Positions 29,048-38,513 of a stretch of 64,000 nucleotides of DNA are shown piece after piece. The stretch is from Candidatus Fermentibacterota bacterium (GTDB taxonomy: Bacteria > Fermentibacterota > Fermentibacteria > Fermentibacterales > JCC-6), in the NCBI GenBank assembly GCA_963845085.1, contig CAWJQI010000001.1, positions 192,001 to 256,000 on the forward strand, given 5' to 3'. Each line of letters begins with the position of its first letter. Positions within the stretch are counted from its first letter, which is position 1. A model generated the notes under the pieces. The model was not told the origin of the DNA. It made no database searches and was given only the letters and a program-made list of their open reading frames with translations. Position numbers and translations under genes: made by a program.

Positions 29048-29589
29048 TGAATGTCCCTTCCCAGAAGCCGGAAGCAGACCTCGAAAATCTCATCGGGCTC
29101 CATCATCCTGCCCGGACCGGTCGTGCCGCACGCCAGCGGCCCCTCCACCGGGCCGGCCATTACCACCCCCATGTCCTCGAGGATCCTCACGTTGTTCCTG
29201 ACGGCGGGGTTGTTCCACATCCTCGAGTTCATTGCGGGCGCCATTACAACAGGGGCGTCGCAGGCAAGAAAGACCGCGGTGAGCAGTTCGTCCGCAAAAC
29301 CATGGGCGGCCCGTGCCATGAAATGGGCCGTTGCGGGGGCCACCACCAGAAGGTCCACGTTGTCGGTAAGACTGATGTGCGGAACGGGATCAGCCGGCTG
29401 CAAGGGAAACAGCTCGGTGTGAACAGGTTCTCCCGTCACGCAGGCCACCTGGGTCGGGGAGATGAAGCGGGTCGCCCCCTGAGTCATGACACAGCCGACC
29501 TTGTGGCCGGCCTTGCGAAACAGCGACGCGAGGCTGCATGCCTTGAAGGCCGCCGCACCCCCGGTGATCCCGAGCAGGATCTCAGCCAT
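29044..29589 (-). CDS. coaC: Phosphopantothenoylcysteine decarboxylase (stand-alone flavoprotein half of CoaBC)
   Basis: ILLGITGGAAAFK, PHISL, VVAPATAH, APAMNSRMW, GPLACGTTGPGRM; no fused CoaB domain. ATG 29589. Confidence 0.88.
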   Translation of the reverse strand: MAEILLGITGGAAAFKACSLASLFRKAGHKVGCVMTQGATRFISPTQVACVTGEPVHTELFPLQPADPVPHISLTDNVDLLVVAPATAHFMARAAHGFADELLTAVFLACDAPVVMAPAMNSRMWNNPAVRNNVRILEDMGVVMAGPVEGPLACGTTGPGRMMEPDEIFEVCFRLLGRDIQ

Positions 29590-30349
29590 TTCCCAACCTC
29601 CTCTTCCTGCCGATTGCGTCAATGCCCATTAGCGTAAGCTCGGGGCAGACGACAAAGCCGGACCTGCACCGGGGACAGATCGCCTCCGCCCAGCCGCCGG
29701 TCGCCAGCAGGGCCGGGCTGCCCCCAACGACTGCAGAGAGAAGCTCGATCATCCTGTCGGCGCTGCCTACAGCACCGTACAGCACGCCCGACCTCACCGC
29801 CTCGACCGTGGAGCGCCCCAGCGGGCTCTCGGGGAACTCAAGGTCGACCGGGCTGATACGCTCCGCCTTCTTGAACAGCTCAGATGCGGCGGTTCCCACT
29901 CCCGGGAGTATGGCGCCACCGATGTACATTCCTTTGGAATCTATCACGTCGAATGTCGTAGCCGTGCCGAAATCCGCTACAATGAACGGAGGGGTTCTCA
30001 TCAGAAGGGCTCCGACGGCGTTTGCAAGCCTGTCCGGGCCGAGTTCACCCGGGTTGGGGTAATCGAGAGGCATGCCGGCCGTTTCGGGGTTCACCTCGAT
30101 GGGCTCGGTGTGCAGCCACCTTCGGGAAAAACCGACCAGGGCGTGCGTCACCTGTGGAACCACGCACGCGTAGGCCACCACCGAGGGCAGGGGCGCCCCC
30201 GATGCCATGAAGAGGGAATGGACGAGCACCCACAGCTCGTCCGGCGTCCAGTGGACGGTTCTGACCCGCCACTGGCTGACCAGGCTGCCCATTTCAAAAA
30301 GCCCGAGAGCGGTCTTCGTGTTCCCGACATCAACCGCGAGCTGGTACAC
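29582..30349 (-). CDS. coaX: Type III pantothenate kinase
   Basis: LAVDVGNTKT, ELGPDRLAN, VADFGTATTFD, GGAILPG, LATGG. Confidence 0.95.
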   Translation of the reverse strand: MYQLAVDVGNTKTALGLFEMGSLVSQWRVRTVHWTPDELWVLVHSLFMASGAPLPSVVAYACVVPQVTHALVGFSRRWLHTEPIEVNPETAGMPLDYPNPGELGPDRLANAVGALLMRTPPFIVADFGTATTFDVIDSKGMYIGGAILPGVGTAASELFKKAERISPVDLEFPESPLGRSTVEAVRSGVLYGAVGSADRMIELLSAVVGGSPALLATGGWAEAICPRCRSGFVVCPELTLMGIDAIGRKRRLGNG

Positions 30350-31196
30350 AGGGACCCTCCCTCCAGTCCAGGCCGATATCGGCCGCCCTTGCGGAGTGGG
30401 TCAGCGCCCCGACCGAAACACCGTTGACCCCCGTCGCGGCGATCTCACCCACGGTTTCGAGGGTGACTCCCCCCGAAGCCTCGAGATAGCAGCGCCCCGC
30501 AACAATGCCCACCGCTTCGCGCAGCATGGGGATGCTCATGTTGTCGAGCAGGATCCGGTCCGGCGCAAGTGCGAGCACCGCCTGAAGCTGTGCCGGCGAA
30601 TCCACCTCGATCTCGATCGGGATCCCCATCGAACGAACCGAGGAAACGGCGGGAAGCAGCGCCTCGACTCCGCCGAGCGCAGCGACATGGTTGTCCTTGA
30701 ACATGGCCATGGCGGAAAGGTTCATCCTGTGGTTGACTCCGCCCCCCGCAAGCACCGCGTACTTCTCGAGCACCCGCAGCCCGGGCGTGGTTTTCCTGGT
30801 GTCGAGCACTTCGACACCGGGCGCTGCCTCGACGAAGCGCCTTGTAAGCGTTGCGATCCCGCACAGTCTTCCCAGGATGTTGAGTGCGCTTCTTTCGCCC
30901 CGAAGGATGCTTCCGGTGAGACCGCGGACGACCCCGATCACTGAGCCGGCATATGCCTTCTCGCCCTCCCCCGCAAGCCTCTCAAGTCTTGCTGCGCCCT
31001 CGAGTGCGGCGTAGACCGCCTCGACCGCGAACAGACCCGCCACAACCATTGTTTCCCTTGCCCTGAACTCGCAAACGGCCGGCATGAGCGCGGCCCGCCC
31101 CAGGGCGGCGGTGGCGGCGTCGTTTGCTGCATCATCCTCGGAGAGGGCAAGCCGGGCCACCCTCTCGGCCTCGTAAAGAACCATGGCATCCATCAT
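30330..31196 (-). CDS. nadC: Nicotinate-nucleotide diphosphorylase (quinolinate phosphoribosyltransferase)
   Basis: ALSED, GERSALN, LDTRKTTPGLR, NHRMNL, KDNH, IEIEVD, ILLDNM, EASGG, SVGALTHS. Confidence 0.95.
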   Translation of the reverse strand: MMDAMVLYEAERVARLALSEDDAANDAATAALGRAALMPAVCEFRARETMVVAGLFAVEAVYAALEGAARLERLAGEGEKAYAGSVIGVVRGLTGSILRGERSALNILGRLCGIATLTRRFVEAAPGVEVLDTRKTTPGLRVLEKYAVLAGGGVNHRMNLSAMAMFKDNHVAALGGVEALLPAVSSVRSMGIPIEIEVDSPAQLQAVLALAPDRILLDNMSIPMLREAVGIVAGRCYLEASGGVTLETVGEIAATGVNGVSVGALTHSARAADIGLDWREGPCVPARG

Positions 31197-32620
31197 GCCT
31201 CCCTTAAAAGACCGGGGTCGCCGTGAACGACCTCACCGTCCAGGATCGTTGCCTCCACGCTGATCTCGTTCCATGGGACCCCGCGGAAAGGGTCCGCCGA
31301 GAGGAGGCACAGGTGGGCGGGACGGCCCGGAGCGACCATTCCCGCCAGATCACTGAAACCACAGACATCCGCGGCGCCGAGAGTGTAGGCATGAAGCGCC
31401 TGGCCCACCGACAGCCTTTGATCCGGAGAAGGATGGCCGGTCGCGCCCGGAAGCCCCTCGAGCGGGCCGAAGGGCATACCGTCGCTTCCGAAACCAAGCC
31501 GGAATCCGAGGGAGAGGGCGCGGGCGAAGGGGTTCAGCTCACGCGCGCGCTGCGGCGACAGCCTGGATTCGTACATGCCGCCGGGCATCTGCCACCTCGA
31601 CACGAAGTTGGGCTGCATGCAGAAGGAATGGCGGGAAGGGCTCAGTGACGACTCGAGCACTGAAAGCAACTCCTCCGCGTGCTCTATCCGTACCGCGGGC
31701 GAGTCCTTCCGCTGCGAGACCCTCGAAAGCTGGCGCAGCGCCCCCGCCCCGATCGAATGGGCGGCAATGCCTGTCCCGCAGAGCGCAGCAGTGTCGAACA
31801 GGGTCTCGACCTGCTCGTCGCTCATCAGCGGAGCGGCCTTGGAGCCGTCTGCATAGCAGCCGTCGACGGCTGCGCTGCGGGCCCCGAACGTGCCGTCCAT
31901 GAATATCTTGATCCACCTGACGAGCGCCCCCGCCCCCCGGGAGAGCAGCATGGGCGCGTCATCGGCAAAAACGCCGATCGCTGTTCGAAGGCGGGGACCC
32001 CATTCGCTGATTATCTCAGCCTCGCGCAGGTGTTCCATGGTTCCGATCCCGGTGACGCCCTTTTCAAAACAGAGTTCCTGCTTCTTCATCATGGCCCTTT
32101 CGAGGGAAGCTGCTGAAACAGGGAACATCCTGCTGAAACCGAGTGATGCGCCTTCCGTGAGATGGCCCGTTTTCCTGTCAACATTCGGGGTTCCTGCGGG
32201 TATGAGGCTGAGAAGGGCAGAATTTGCAAGCGACAGATGCCCGCACACCCGTGTGAGTACTGCGGGTCTGCAACCCGAGACCGAATCCAGTTCGCTTTTC
32301 GACGGAAGCTCGGGCGAATCCCATGTGGATTCATCGAACCCCAGCCCGCGAATGAGAGGGTCATCGGAAGGCGGGGCGCTGCGCACCTTTTCGAGCAGCT
32401 CCCCGGCGCTGCGAACGGTGGTGAGATCGAGCGAGAGAAGGGCCGACGCCTTCCAGGAGAAATGCATGTGCGCATCAACGAAGGATGGTATCAAAAGGCC
32501 GTCCGCGCCTTCAGTGCATCTCTCGATGCCTGCCACCCGGCCGGCGTCGAACAGAAGCCTTGCTCCCCGAAGCACCGGTCCGGCTCCGGGCCAGAAACCG
32601 GCGCAGTCGAGGCGCTTCAT
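31193..32620 (-). CDS. YtcJ-like amidohydrolase (Amidohydro_3)
   Basis: PSFVDAHMH, RVCGH..ANS, IKIFMDGTFGARSA, HSIG, RIEHAE, FGSDG, GRPAH. ATG 32620 overlaps the upstream stop. Confidence 0.85.
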   Translation of the reverse strand: MKRLDCAGFWPGAGPVLRGARLLFDAGRVAGIERCTEGADGLLIPSFVDAHMHFSWKASALLSLDLTTVRSAGELLEKVRSAPPSDDPLIRGLGFDESTWDSPELPSKSELDSVSGCRPAVLTRVCGHLSLANSALLSLIPAGTPNVDRKTGHLTEGASLGFSRMFPVSAASLERAMMKKQELCFEKGVTGIGTMEHLREAEIISEWGPRLRTAIGVFADDAPMLLSRGAGALVRWIKIFMDGTFGARSAAVDGCYADGSKAAPLMSDEQVETLFDTAALCGTGIAAHSIGAGALRQLSRVSQRKDSPAVRIEHAEELLSVLESSLSPSRHSFCMQPNFVSRWQMPGGMYESRLSPQRARELNPFARALSLGFRLGFGSDGMPFGPLEGLPGATGHPSPDQRLSVGQALHAYTLGAADVCGFSDLAGMVAPGRPAHLCLLSADPFRGVPWNEISVEATILDGEVVHGDPGLLREA

Positions 32621-33477
32621 CCCTCGACTTCCGAAAGGCACCTGATCATCAGGTCGAACATGTCGCCGTCGACTTCGAGGGTGAACCAGGTCTGGGCGCC
32701 CTGTCGCTGCACCTCGCCGACAACCCTGCCCCTTATCTCGGTTTCGACAAGACCCCGCCTCGGAGTGCCTCCCTCTGCGATCTCACGGCTCCCCGTGCCC
32801 GGAAGGAATATTTCCCTGGCCTCGATGTCGGTCGGGTCGTTCCCGTGTGAGAACCACCGGCGCAGGATGACGAAGCCGCCGACGGAGATGCTGGAATGGT
32901 TGGGGTAGAATACGTCGACCTTCACGTTTTCGCGGTCGGGCAGCTTCTTGGAATCGAAAAGGAGAGCCCGGTTCCTGCCGTCCTTCTTGGCCTGGAGGAG
33001 GGCCATGTCCGCGCTGACGAGCAGTTCCCCGCCCGTCACCATCTCGGTCGAGGCCACACCGAGTGAGACGGCGACAAGAAGCGGTTCGAGGTCGGGAAGC
33101 ACGAGAGGGGTTGCATACACCTTTTCGCAAAGCCTTTCAGCGGTGGCCAACCCCTCGCTGGAGACGGTGTTGGGGAGCAGGACGGTGATCTCCTCGCCCC
33201 CGTACCTGTAGGCTTCTCCGCGGAACCTCACCGATCCCCTGATCAGGCCTGCGACATGGCGGAGCACCTTGTCGCCAATGTCATGACCCCACTTGTCGTT
33301 GAACAGCTTGAAATGATCGATGTCCACCATGATGACGGACAGGGGAATGCCCCTGGGGCCAAACCAGCGGAGCATTGCGGGAAGGTCGTAATCGAGGTCT
33401 TTCCGCTGCGGAAGCCCCGTCACGGCATCAAGTTCCCCCTGCCGGGGAAAAGTGATCGGATCCTGCTCATGCGCCAT
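32617..33477 (-). CDS. Diguanylate cyclase (N-terminal GGDEF domain, C-terminal unknown domain)
   Basis: DAVTGL, MVDIDHFKLFNDKWGHDIGD, YRYGGEEI, VSLGVA, ADMALLQAKKDGRNR. ATG 33477 after GGGAGGGG. Confidence 0.9.
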   Translation of the reverse strand: MAHEQDPITFPRQGELDAVTGLPQRKDLDYDLPAMLRWFGPRGIPLSVIMVDIDHFKLFNDKWGHDIGDKVLRHVAGLIRGSVRFRGEAYRYGGEEITVLLPNTVSSEGLATAERLCEKVYATPLVLPDLEPLLVAVSLGVASTEMVTGGELLVSADMALLQAKKDGRNRALLFDSKKLPDRENVKVDVFYPNHSSISVGGFVILRRWFSHGNDPTDIEAREIFLPGTGSREIAEGGTPRRGLVETEIRGRVVGEVQRQGAQTWFTLEVDGDMFDLMIRCLSEVEG

Positions 33478-33531
33478 GTCATGCCCCTCCCATTCCGGTA
33501 AAGATAATCTCCTTCTCCGGGGGAACAAGCA

Positions 33532-33560
33532 TTGACCTGAAGGCGCGATGCGCTTAGTTT
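33532..33560 (+). promoter_or_regulatory. Sigma-70-type promoter for the lipoprotein array
   Basis: TTGACC (33532-33537), 17-nt spacer, TAGTTT (33555-33560), about 37 nt before the first gene. Confidence 0.5.
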
Positions 33561-33596
33561 AACTTGTGTATTCGCAGCCATTCCTGGGGGGGGAGT

Positions 33597-34373
33597 TTGT
33601 TCAAGGTTCATTGTATCGTTCTGTTCGTGGCGCTGTTCGCATCCTGCCGCTGGAACGCAGGCCAGCAGGCGGTTTACGATGCCTTCGACGATATGTCGCT
33701 TGCACTTTCCGAGCGCCGGTACGACGACCTTTACAACGGCCTTTCCGCCTCGACGAAAGAGCTTCTCGACCTTGCGGCCGCTGCCTTCACTGAAACGGGC
33801 ATGCCCATCGAGGGGCGCGGCGATCTTCTTCTGGCCGAGATCGCTGCCGTTCACCCGCTGTTCGAACCCGACAGGAACGTTGCCGACATCTCGATCAACG
33901 GTGACCGGGCAATCCTCGTGCCCGCACAGGGCGATGACGGCACCGAGATCGTCTTCATCTTCGAGGAGGGCTGCTGGCGGATGGATCTCACGCCCGCCAT
34001 CACCTTCATCCTCACCGAGGCCCTTGCAGGCAGCGGAGCAACGCTCGAGCAGTTTCTTCACCCCGGGGCGGGTCCGCAGCCTTCCACGCCGTTTTCCGAG
34101 GGCGGCTGCCGGCTTGTCGTTACGAACACACTCCCCGACAGCGACGTCTACTACCTCTTCGTCTCCCCGTCCGTCAGCGAGGACTGGGGACCCGACGTTC
34201 TCGGAAACAACGTTCTTCTCCCCGAATCGAGCTGCACGCTCTACGTTTATCCCGACACATATGACATCATGGCGAAGGATGCTCTGGACAACACCTACAC
34301 CGAATGGGGTGTTTCCATCAGCGAGGGTGGGTACGGCTGGGACATAAACCGGTCCGACCTGGTTCAACAATGA
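33597..34373 (+). CDS. Lipoprotein: NTF2/DUF4878-like N-domain plus one copy of the acidic repeat domain
   Basis: TTG 33597 after GGGAG; lipobox FASC; C-terminal VTNTLPDSDVYYLFVSPS..WGPDVLG..YDIMAKDALDNTYTEW..GW. Confidence 0.8.
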   Translation: MFKVHCIVLFVALFASCRWNAGQQAVYDAFDDMSLALSERRYDDLYNGLSASTKELLDLAAAAFTETGMPIEGRGDLLLAEIAAVHPLFEPDRNVADISINGDRAILVPAQGDDGTEIVFIFEEGCWRMDLTPAITFILTEALAGSGATLEQFLHPGAGPQPSTPFSEGGCRLVVTNTLPDSDVYYLFVSPSVSEDWGPDVLGNNVLLPESSCTLYVYPDTYDIMAKDALDNTYTEWGVSISEGGYGWDINRSDLVQQ

Positions 34374-34387
34374 AAGAGGAGGTATCT

Positions 34388-35302
34388 GTGAACTGGAAAC
34401 TCTTGGCAGCAGCAGTGCTGGTTGTTTTCCTCGCCGCCGGGTGCGGCGCGAAGAAGATCGCCGTCACTGTCGAGAACTCACTGGGCGAGTGGGACATCAC
34501 CTCCCTCACGCTCAAGGGTCCCGATGGCACGGAAACTGTGCTTGAGCCCCTTGCAGCCGAAGGGAACGTGGTTCTTGAGCTTACAGCCGGCGCCTACACC
34601 CTGAACGCCACCGACTCCGAAGGCAACAAGTACACGAACGCCTTCACCGTTGCCGCCGAAGTCATGACCGTTGAGATCGGCTTCAACAACAGCCTCGGCT
34701 TCGAGGAGACCATTGCCGTAACCGACGGCGTCTACTGGACCGGCACGGGCGACGGCTGCATCAAGATCGTTAACAACCTCGGCGACTACTCCATCTACTG
34801 GGTGAACGTTGTCGAGACCGGCGGCGACCTCCTCTGGGACGCCGAAGAGTACTGCCAGAGCATCATCCTTTACGAGGGTGAAGAGCTCAACATCCTCATT
34901 GCCCCGGGCACCTACGACATCCAGATCGAAGACGTCGACGGCGACACCTACACCCGCTACGGTGTGGAAATCACCCGCGACCCCTACCTCTGGGAAGTCA
35001 CGCTTGACGACATCGACGTAACAAACGCCGCAGTCGAGGGCACCGCCCCCGTCACCATCACCAACGGCCTTGGTGACTGGAGCATCTGGTACATCTACTG
35101 CGACCTCTCCACCGACGCCTGGGGTGAGGACAAGCTGGGCTCCGAGATCCTTGCTCCCGGCGACTCCTTCACATTCAACGTGAACCCCGGCAACTACGAC
35201 CTCAAGTGCGAGGACGAGGACGGCGACACCTACACTCTCTGGGGCGTTGACATCCCCGACACCGGCTACACCTGGAACGTCACACTCACCGACATGGACT
35301 AG
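34388..35302 (+). CDS. Lipoprotein with three copies of the acidic repeat domain
   Basis: GAGGAGG RBS, GTG start, lipobox AAGC; three N-x-LG-x-(W/Y)-x-I..G-x-Y..D-x-(D/E)-G..YT units; strongly C-ending codons. Confidence 0.85.
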   Translation: MNWKLLAAAVLVVFLAAGCGAKKIAVTVENSLGEWDITSLTLKGPDGTETVLEPLAAEGNVVLELTAGAYTLNATDSEGNKYTNAFTVAAEVMTVEIGFNNSLGFEETIAVTDGVYWTGTGDGCIKIVNNLGDYSIYWVNVVETGGDLLWDAEEYCQSIILYEGEELNILIAPGTYDIQIEDVDGDTYTRYGVEITRDPYLWEVTLDDIDVTNAAVEGTAPVTITNGLGDWSIWYIYCDLSTDAWGEDKLGSEILAPGDSFTFNVNPGNYDLKCEDEDGDTYTLWGVDIPDTGYTWNVTLTDMD

Positions 35303-35313
35303 TTTTGCCTTTC

Positions 35314-35337
35314 GGGGGGGCGCAAGCCCCCCCTTTT
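35314..35337 (+). terminator. Rho-independent terminator inside the lipoprotein array
   Basis: GGGGGGGC-GCAA-GCCCCCCC-TTTT (GNRA tetraloop) about 11 nt after the stop at 35302. Confidence 0.8.
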
Positions 35338-35358
35338 CCGTATTCAGGGGGAACCGGT

Positions 35359-35988
35359 GTGAGAAGAGCCACCGTCATTCTTTTCCTGCTTTCATCAGCC
35401 GCCTGCCGGGTCGCCACCGGTGTCACAGTGCCGCTCACGATCGTTAACGGCCTCGGGGGCTGGAGCATCCATTACGTTCATCTCGGCAGCCCGTCGGCCA
35501 AGGGGTGGGGGCAGGACCTGCTGGGCCCGAGCGAGATCATCCGTCCCGGTGCGGAACGGGTATTCAATGTTCCCCCCGGCACCTGGAACATCCGCGTGAT
35601 CGACAGCGACGGCGACACCTACACCATCAGCGATGCAGGAATAACTGAAACCGGCTTCAGATGGGAGGTGACGCTGGCAGCCATGGATCAGGACCCGCCG
35701 GATTCGGCGCCCGGAACCGGGGGCAACTGCCCCGTCACCATCCTGAACTCCCTCGGATCAAGGCTTTCTTCACTCTGGATCTCACCGGCGGGCAGCGGCG
35801 ACAGGGGAACGAACCTGATCGAAAACACCTGCGTAGAGCCCGGCAGCGAATTCATCGCATGGGTCGCGCCGGGCGGATACGACATGGTTGTGGTGGACGG
35901 AATGGGCCGGACGTTTGCAGTGTATAATGGCGGTGTTGCGGAGAGCGGTTTTTTCTGGGAAGTTACCGAAGACTACATGGAAAGGTGA
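35359..35988 (+). CDS. Probable lipoprotein with two copies of the acidic repeat domain
   Basis: GTG start, SAAC lipobox-like; IVNGLGGWSI..WGQDLLG..PGTWNIRVIDSDGDTYT and a second unit ILNSLG..PGGYDMVVVDGMG. Confidence 0.8.
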   Translation: MRRATVILFLLSSAACRVATGVTVPLTIVNGLGGWSIHYVHLGSPSAKGWGQDLLGPSEIIRPGAERVFNVPPGTWNIRVIDSDGDTYTISDAGITETGFRWEVTLAAMDQDPPDSAPGTGGNCPVTILNSLGSRLSSLWISPAGSGDRGTNLIENTCVEPGSEFIAWVAPGGYDMVVVDGMGRTFAVYNGGVAESGFFWEVTEDYMER

Positions 35989-35992
35989 GGAT

Positions 35993-36313
35993 ATGAAAAG
36001 GATCATCATGTTCGCGGTGCTCGCCCTTACAGTCCTTGCGGGGTGCGGCGCCGGCAAGGTTCCCGTGGTCATCAACAACGACCTCGGCGCATGGGACATC
36101 AAGGAAGTCTACATCGATCCTTCAGACAAGCCCTGGAGCACGAGCCTCATCACCTCCACTGTCTCCCCGGGCAACGGCGTGACGCTCAATGTCGCTCCCG
36201 GAACCTACGACCTCCGCTGCGTTGACGAAGACGGCGACACCTATACGAAATGGGAAGTGGTCATCGGCGGCGAGGGGTACACATGGAGCGTGACCCTTTC
36301 CGACATGGACTAG
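35993..36313 (+). CDS. Small lipoprotein consisting of a single acidic repeat domain
   Basis: ATG 35993 after GAGG; lipobox LAGC; INNDLGAWDI..PGTYDLRCVDEDGDTYTKW..WSVTLSDMD. Confidence 0.85.
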   Translation: MKRIIMFAVLALTVLAGCGAGKVPVVINNDLGAWDIKEVYIDPSDKPWSTSLITSTVSPGNGVTLNVAPGTYDLRCVDEDGDTYTKWEVVIGGEGYTWSVTLSDMD

Positions 36314-36317
36314 CGAA

Positions 36318-36939
36318 GTGAGGAAGCAAATCATTTTCGCAGCTGCGCTTGCGGCACTCGCAACAGGGTGCGGCACCCCAAAGGCCGCGATCGGCGTAGT
36401 GAACAGCCTTCCCGTCGAACTCATAATTTCAGTCCAGACAAGAACCCCCGGCTCCGACTGGAGCGACAACCAGCTTGACCGCACGCTCCGGCCCGGCGTT
36501 TCGGAATCGTTCACGGCCCCCCTCGGCGACATCGAGGTCATGGCCACCGACAACCTGGGAAGAACCTACATGTACTCGGCCACCCCGCTGACCTCCGAGG
36601 GAGTCATCTGGGAGATAACCCCCGAAGGAAGGGCCACGGCTGCGCAGGCCAACAGCTGGGCCGGCAACTGCCCGGTCACGGTCACCAACGATCTCGGAGC
36701 ATGGACGATAACGGGCTATCCTCTGCTCCCCCTCCGAAAGCAGTTCATGGGGGGAGAGCTGGATCACTGAGCCGGTCGCCGCGGGCGAATCCGTAACGTT
36801 CTCGGTGGCGCCCGGCACTTACGACATAAGGCTTACCGACAGCGACGGCGACCTCTACACGAAATGGGAGGTCAGCGTGACGGCCTCGGGCTTCAGCTGG
36901 AACGCCACGCTCGAGGACCTCGACGCTTCAGGGGGTTGA
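36318..36939 (+). CDS. Lipoprotein with two acidic repeat domains, frameshifted as assembled (+1 G at 36713-36715)
   Basis: Lipobox ATGC. After VTNDLGAWTIT the domain continues in the next frame: AILCSPSESSSWGESW..VAPGTYDIRLTDSDGDLYTKW..ATLEDLDASGG, stop at 36939. Confidence 0.8.
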
Positions 36940-37785
36940 GGGGGCTGACGGCGGGGGCGGTGCCCCCGAAAGCGGCAGGCTCACGGTCATGGCGGTGCCT
37001 TCCCCCTCCACGCTCGATGCGGAGATGGTGCCGCCGTGCACTTCCAGCATCTGTTGAACGAGCGAAAGACCAAGCCCCAGTCCCCCGTCGGGGTTCCTGC
37101 GGGCCTGTTTTCCCCTGTACAAAAGGCCGAATACGTGCGGAAGGTCTTCGGCGGGTATCCCAACGCCCGTGTCGGCCACGGTGATCACTGCCCTTCCGGA
37201 ATCAACGGCAAGTTTCAGCTCGACTTTTCCCCCCGGCCTGTTGTACTTGAATGCGTTCACGCAGAGGTTCTGAACCACCCTCCGCAGGTGGCTCTCGACC
37301 CCCGCCACAATGACGGGTCCGGAAGGGACGGAGAGGCTGAAACCTATGCCCCCGTCCACCATCATGGGGAAAAGAAGGTGGTGGACCCCTTCCAGAAGCA
37401 CCTGGAGGTTAACGTCGACAAAGCACAGGAACGGGTGGGACGCAAGGCTTCCCAGCTCGAGGATGTCGTTCACCAGCGGAACGAGTTCGTCCGCCCTTCG
37501 CCTTGCCCGTCCGACAAGCTCCAGTGCCCGGACCGGATCGGCTGCGTACCCCTCCTCCACGGTGCGAAGAAGCGATGAAAGCGCCGTGATCGGGCTTTTG
37601 AGCTCATGCCCCAGTATCCTGAGGACCTCGGCAGCGGTCGGTTCATCAGATGACAGCACGTCGTTCAAAAGCCCCTCGACCCGCTCCATCTCGTCCATCA
37701 CCGAGGCGTCGCACCTGCCGCACGCCATTGTCCTTTCAAGGATGGCCCGCGCATCTTCAAGGAGTTTCCAGGGATCAGCCTTCAT
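36928..37785 (-). CDS. Cytoplasmic histidine kinase (HisKA + HATPase_c) without sensor or TM domain
   Basis: H-box LGHELKSPIT, N-box QNLCVNAFKYN, G1 VADTGVGIP, G2 GLGLGLSLV. Confidence 0.9.
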   Translation of the reverse strand: MKADPWKLLEDARAILERTMACGRCDASVMDEMERVEGLLNDVLSSDEPTAAEVLRILGHELKSPITALSSLLRTVEEGYAADPVRALELVGRARRRADELVPLVNDILELGSLASHPFLCFVDVNLQVLLEGVHHLLFPMMVDGGIGFSLSVPSGPVIVAGVESHLRRVVQNLCVNAFKYNRPGGKVELKLAVDSGRAVITVADTGVGIPAEDLPHVFGLLYRGKQARRNPDGGLGLGLSLVQQMLEVHGGTISASSVEGEGTAMTVSLPLSGAPPPPSAPSTP

Positions 37786-37852
37786 AATGAGCCTTTCATG
37801 CTGTGCAGTGCACGTGTATTATAGAGCAACCTGCTTTCGAAACGGAGCGACC

Positions 37853-38509
37853 GTGGGCATCACGAAACCATCATCCGAAGCAATGCGAGAGGCCACGGCG
37901 GGAGAACACCCCGGGATCACCCCTGTCATCCGTGACAGCATGGCCATCCCCTCCTTTCTCCACCCCAGCCCCCTTGTAAGAAAGCTCGTGTGGCGGCGCT
38001 ACGAGGTAATCTCACACATCTGCGCGTTCAGGCCGGGCGAGACCGTGCTGGAGTTCGGCTGCGGCCCCGGCTTCTTCCTGCCCGAGCTTTCAGCCCGGGG
38101 ATGCAGGATAATTGCGCTCGACCTCTACCCGCAGTACGCGAAGGACCTGTGCAGAATCCTCGGGATCGATGCTTCTTTCCCCGAAAAGCTTTCGGACCTG
38201 GGTGACGGTTCGGTGGACACCGTCGTCGCCGCGCAGGTCATGGAGCATATCGACGAACCGGAGGGCTACTACAGGGGGTTCCGCAGGGTCCTCGCCCCCG
38301 GCGGAAGGCTTGTGATGTCGCTCCCTACCGAGAACCTTTTGTACAGGGCGGGAAAAGCGGCGGCAGGATTCGGTCGGAAGGGCGGTTACCATGTCTCGAA
38401 CATCGGCCCTCTCGTCGAACTTGCGGGAAAATGCGGATTCAATGTGATCAAGGCTGTTTCGATACCCTTCAAGTTGTTTCCCCTGTACAGGGTGTTCGAG
38501 CTCCGCTGA
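37853..38509 (+). CDS. Class I SAM-dependent methyltransferase
   Basis: VLEFGCGPG, IIALD, VMEHIDEP, RVLAPGGRLV. GTG 37853 after GGAG; the longer ORF-track start is antisense to the kinase. Confidence 0.85.
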   Translation: MGITKPSSEAMREATAGEHPGITPVIRDSMAIPSFLHPSPLVRKLVWRRYEVISHICAFRPGETVLEFGCGPGFFLPELSARGCRIIALDLYPQYAKDLCRILGIDASFPEKLSDLGDGSVDTVVAAQVMEHIDEPEGYYRGFRRVLAPGGRLVMSLPTENLLYRAGKAAAGFGRKGGYHVSNIGPLVELAGKCGFNVIKAVSIPFKLFPLYRVFELR

Positions 38510-38513
38510 ACGG

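Noticed and set aside
28022..29050. 342-aa plus-strand ORF exactly mirroring mtnA
   Set aside because: Codon-symmetric shadow with no independent motifs.
33597..36939. CRISPR array or diversity-generating retroelement as the source of the repeated units
   Set aside because: The repeats are protein-level and diverged throughout; no direct-repeat/spacer period, cas gene, reverse transcriptase or adenine-specific template/variable pair is seen.
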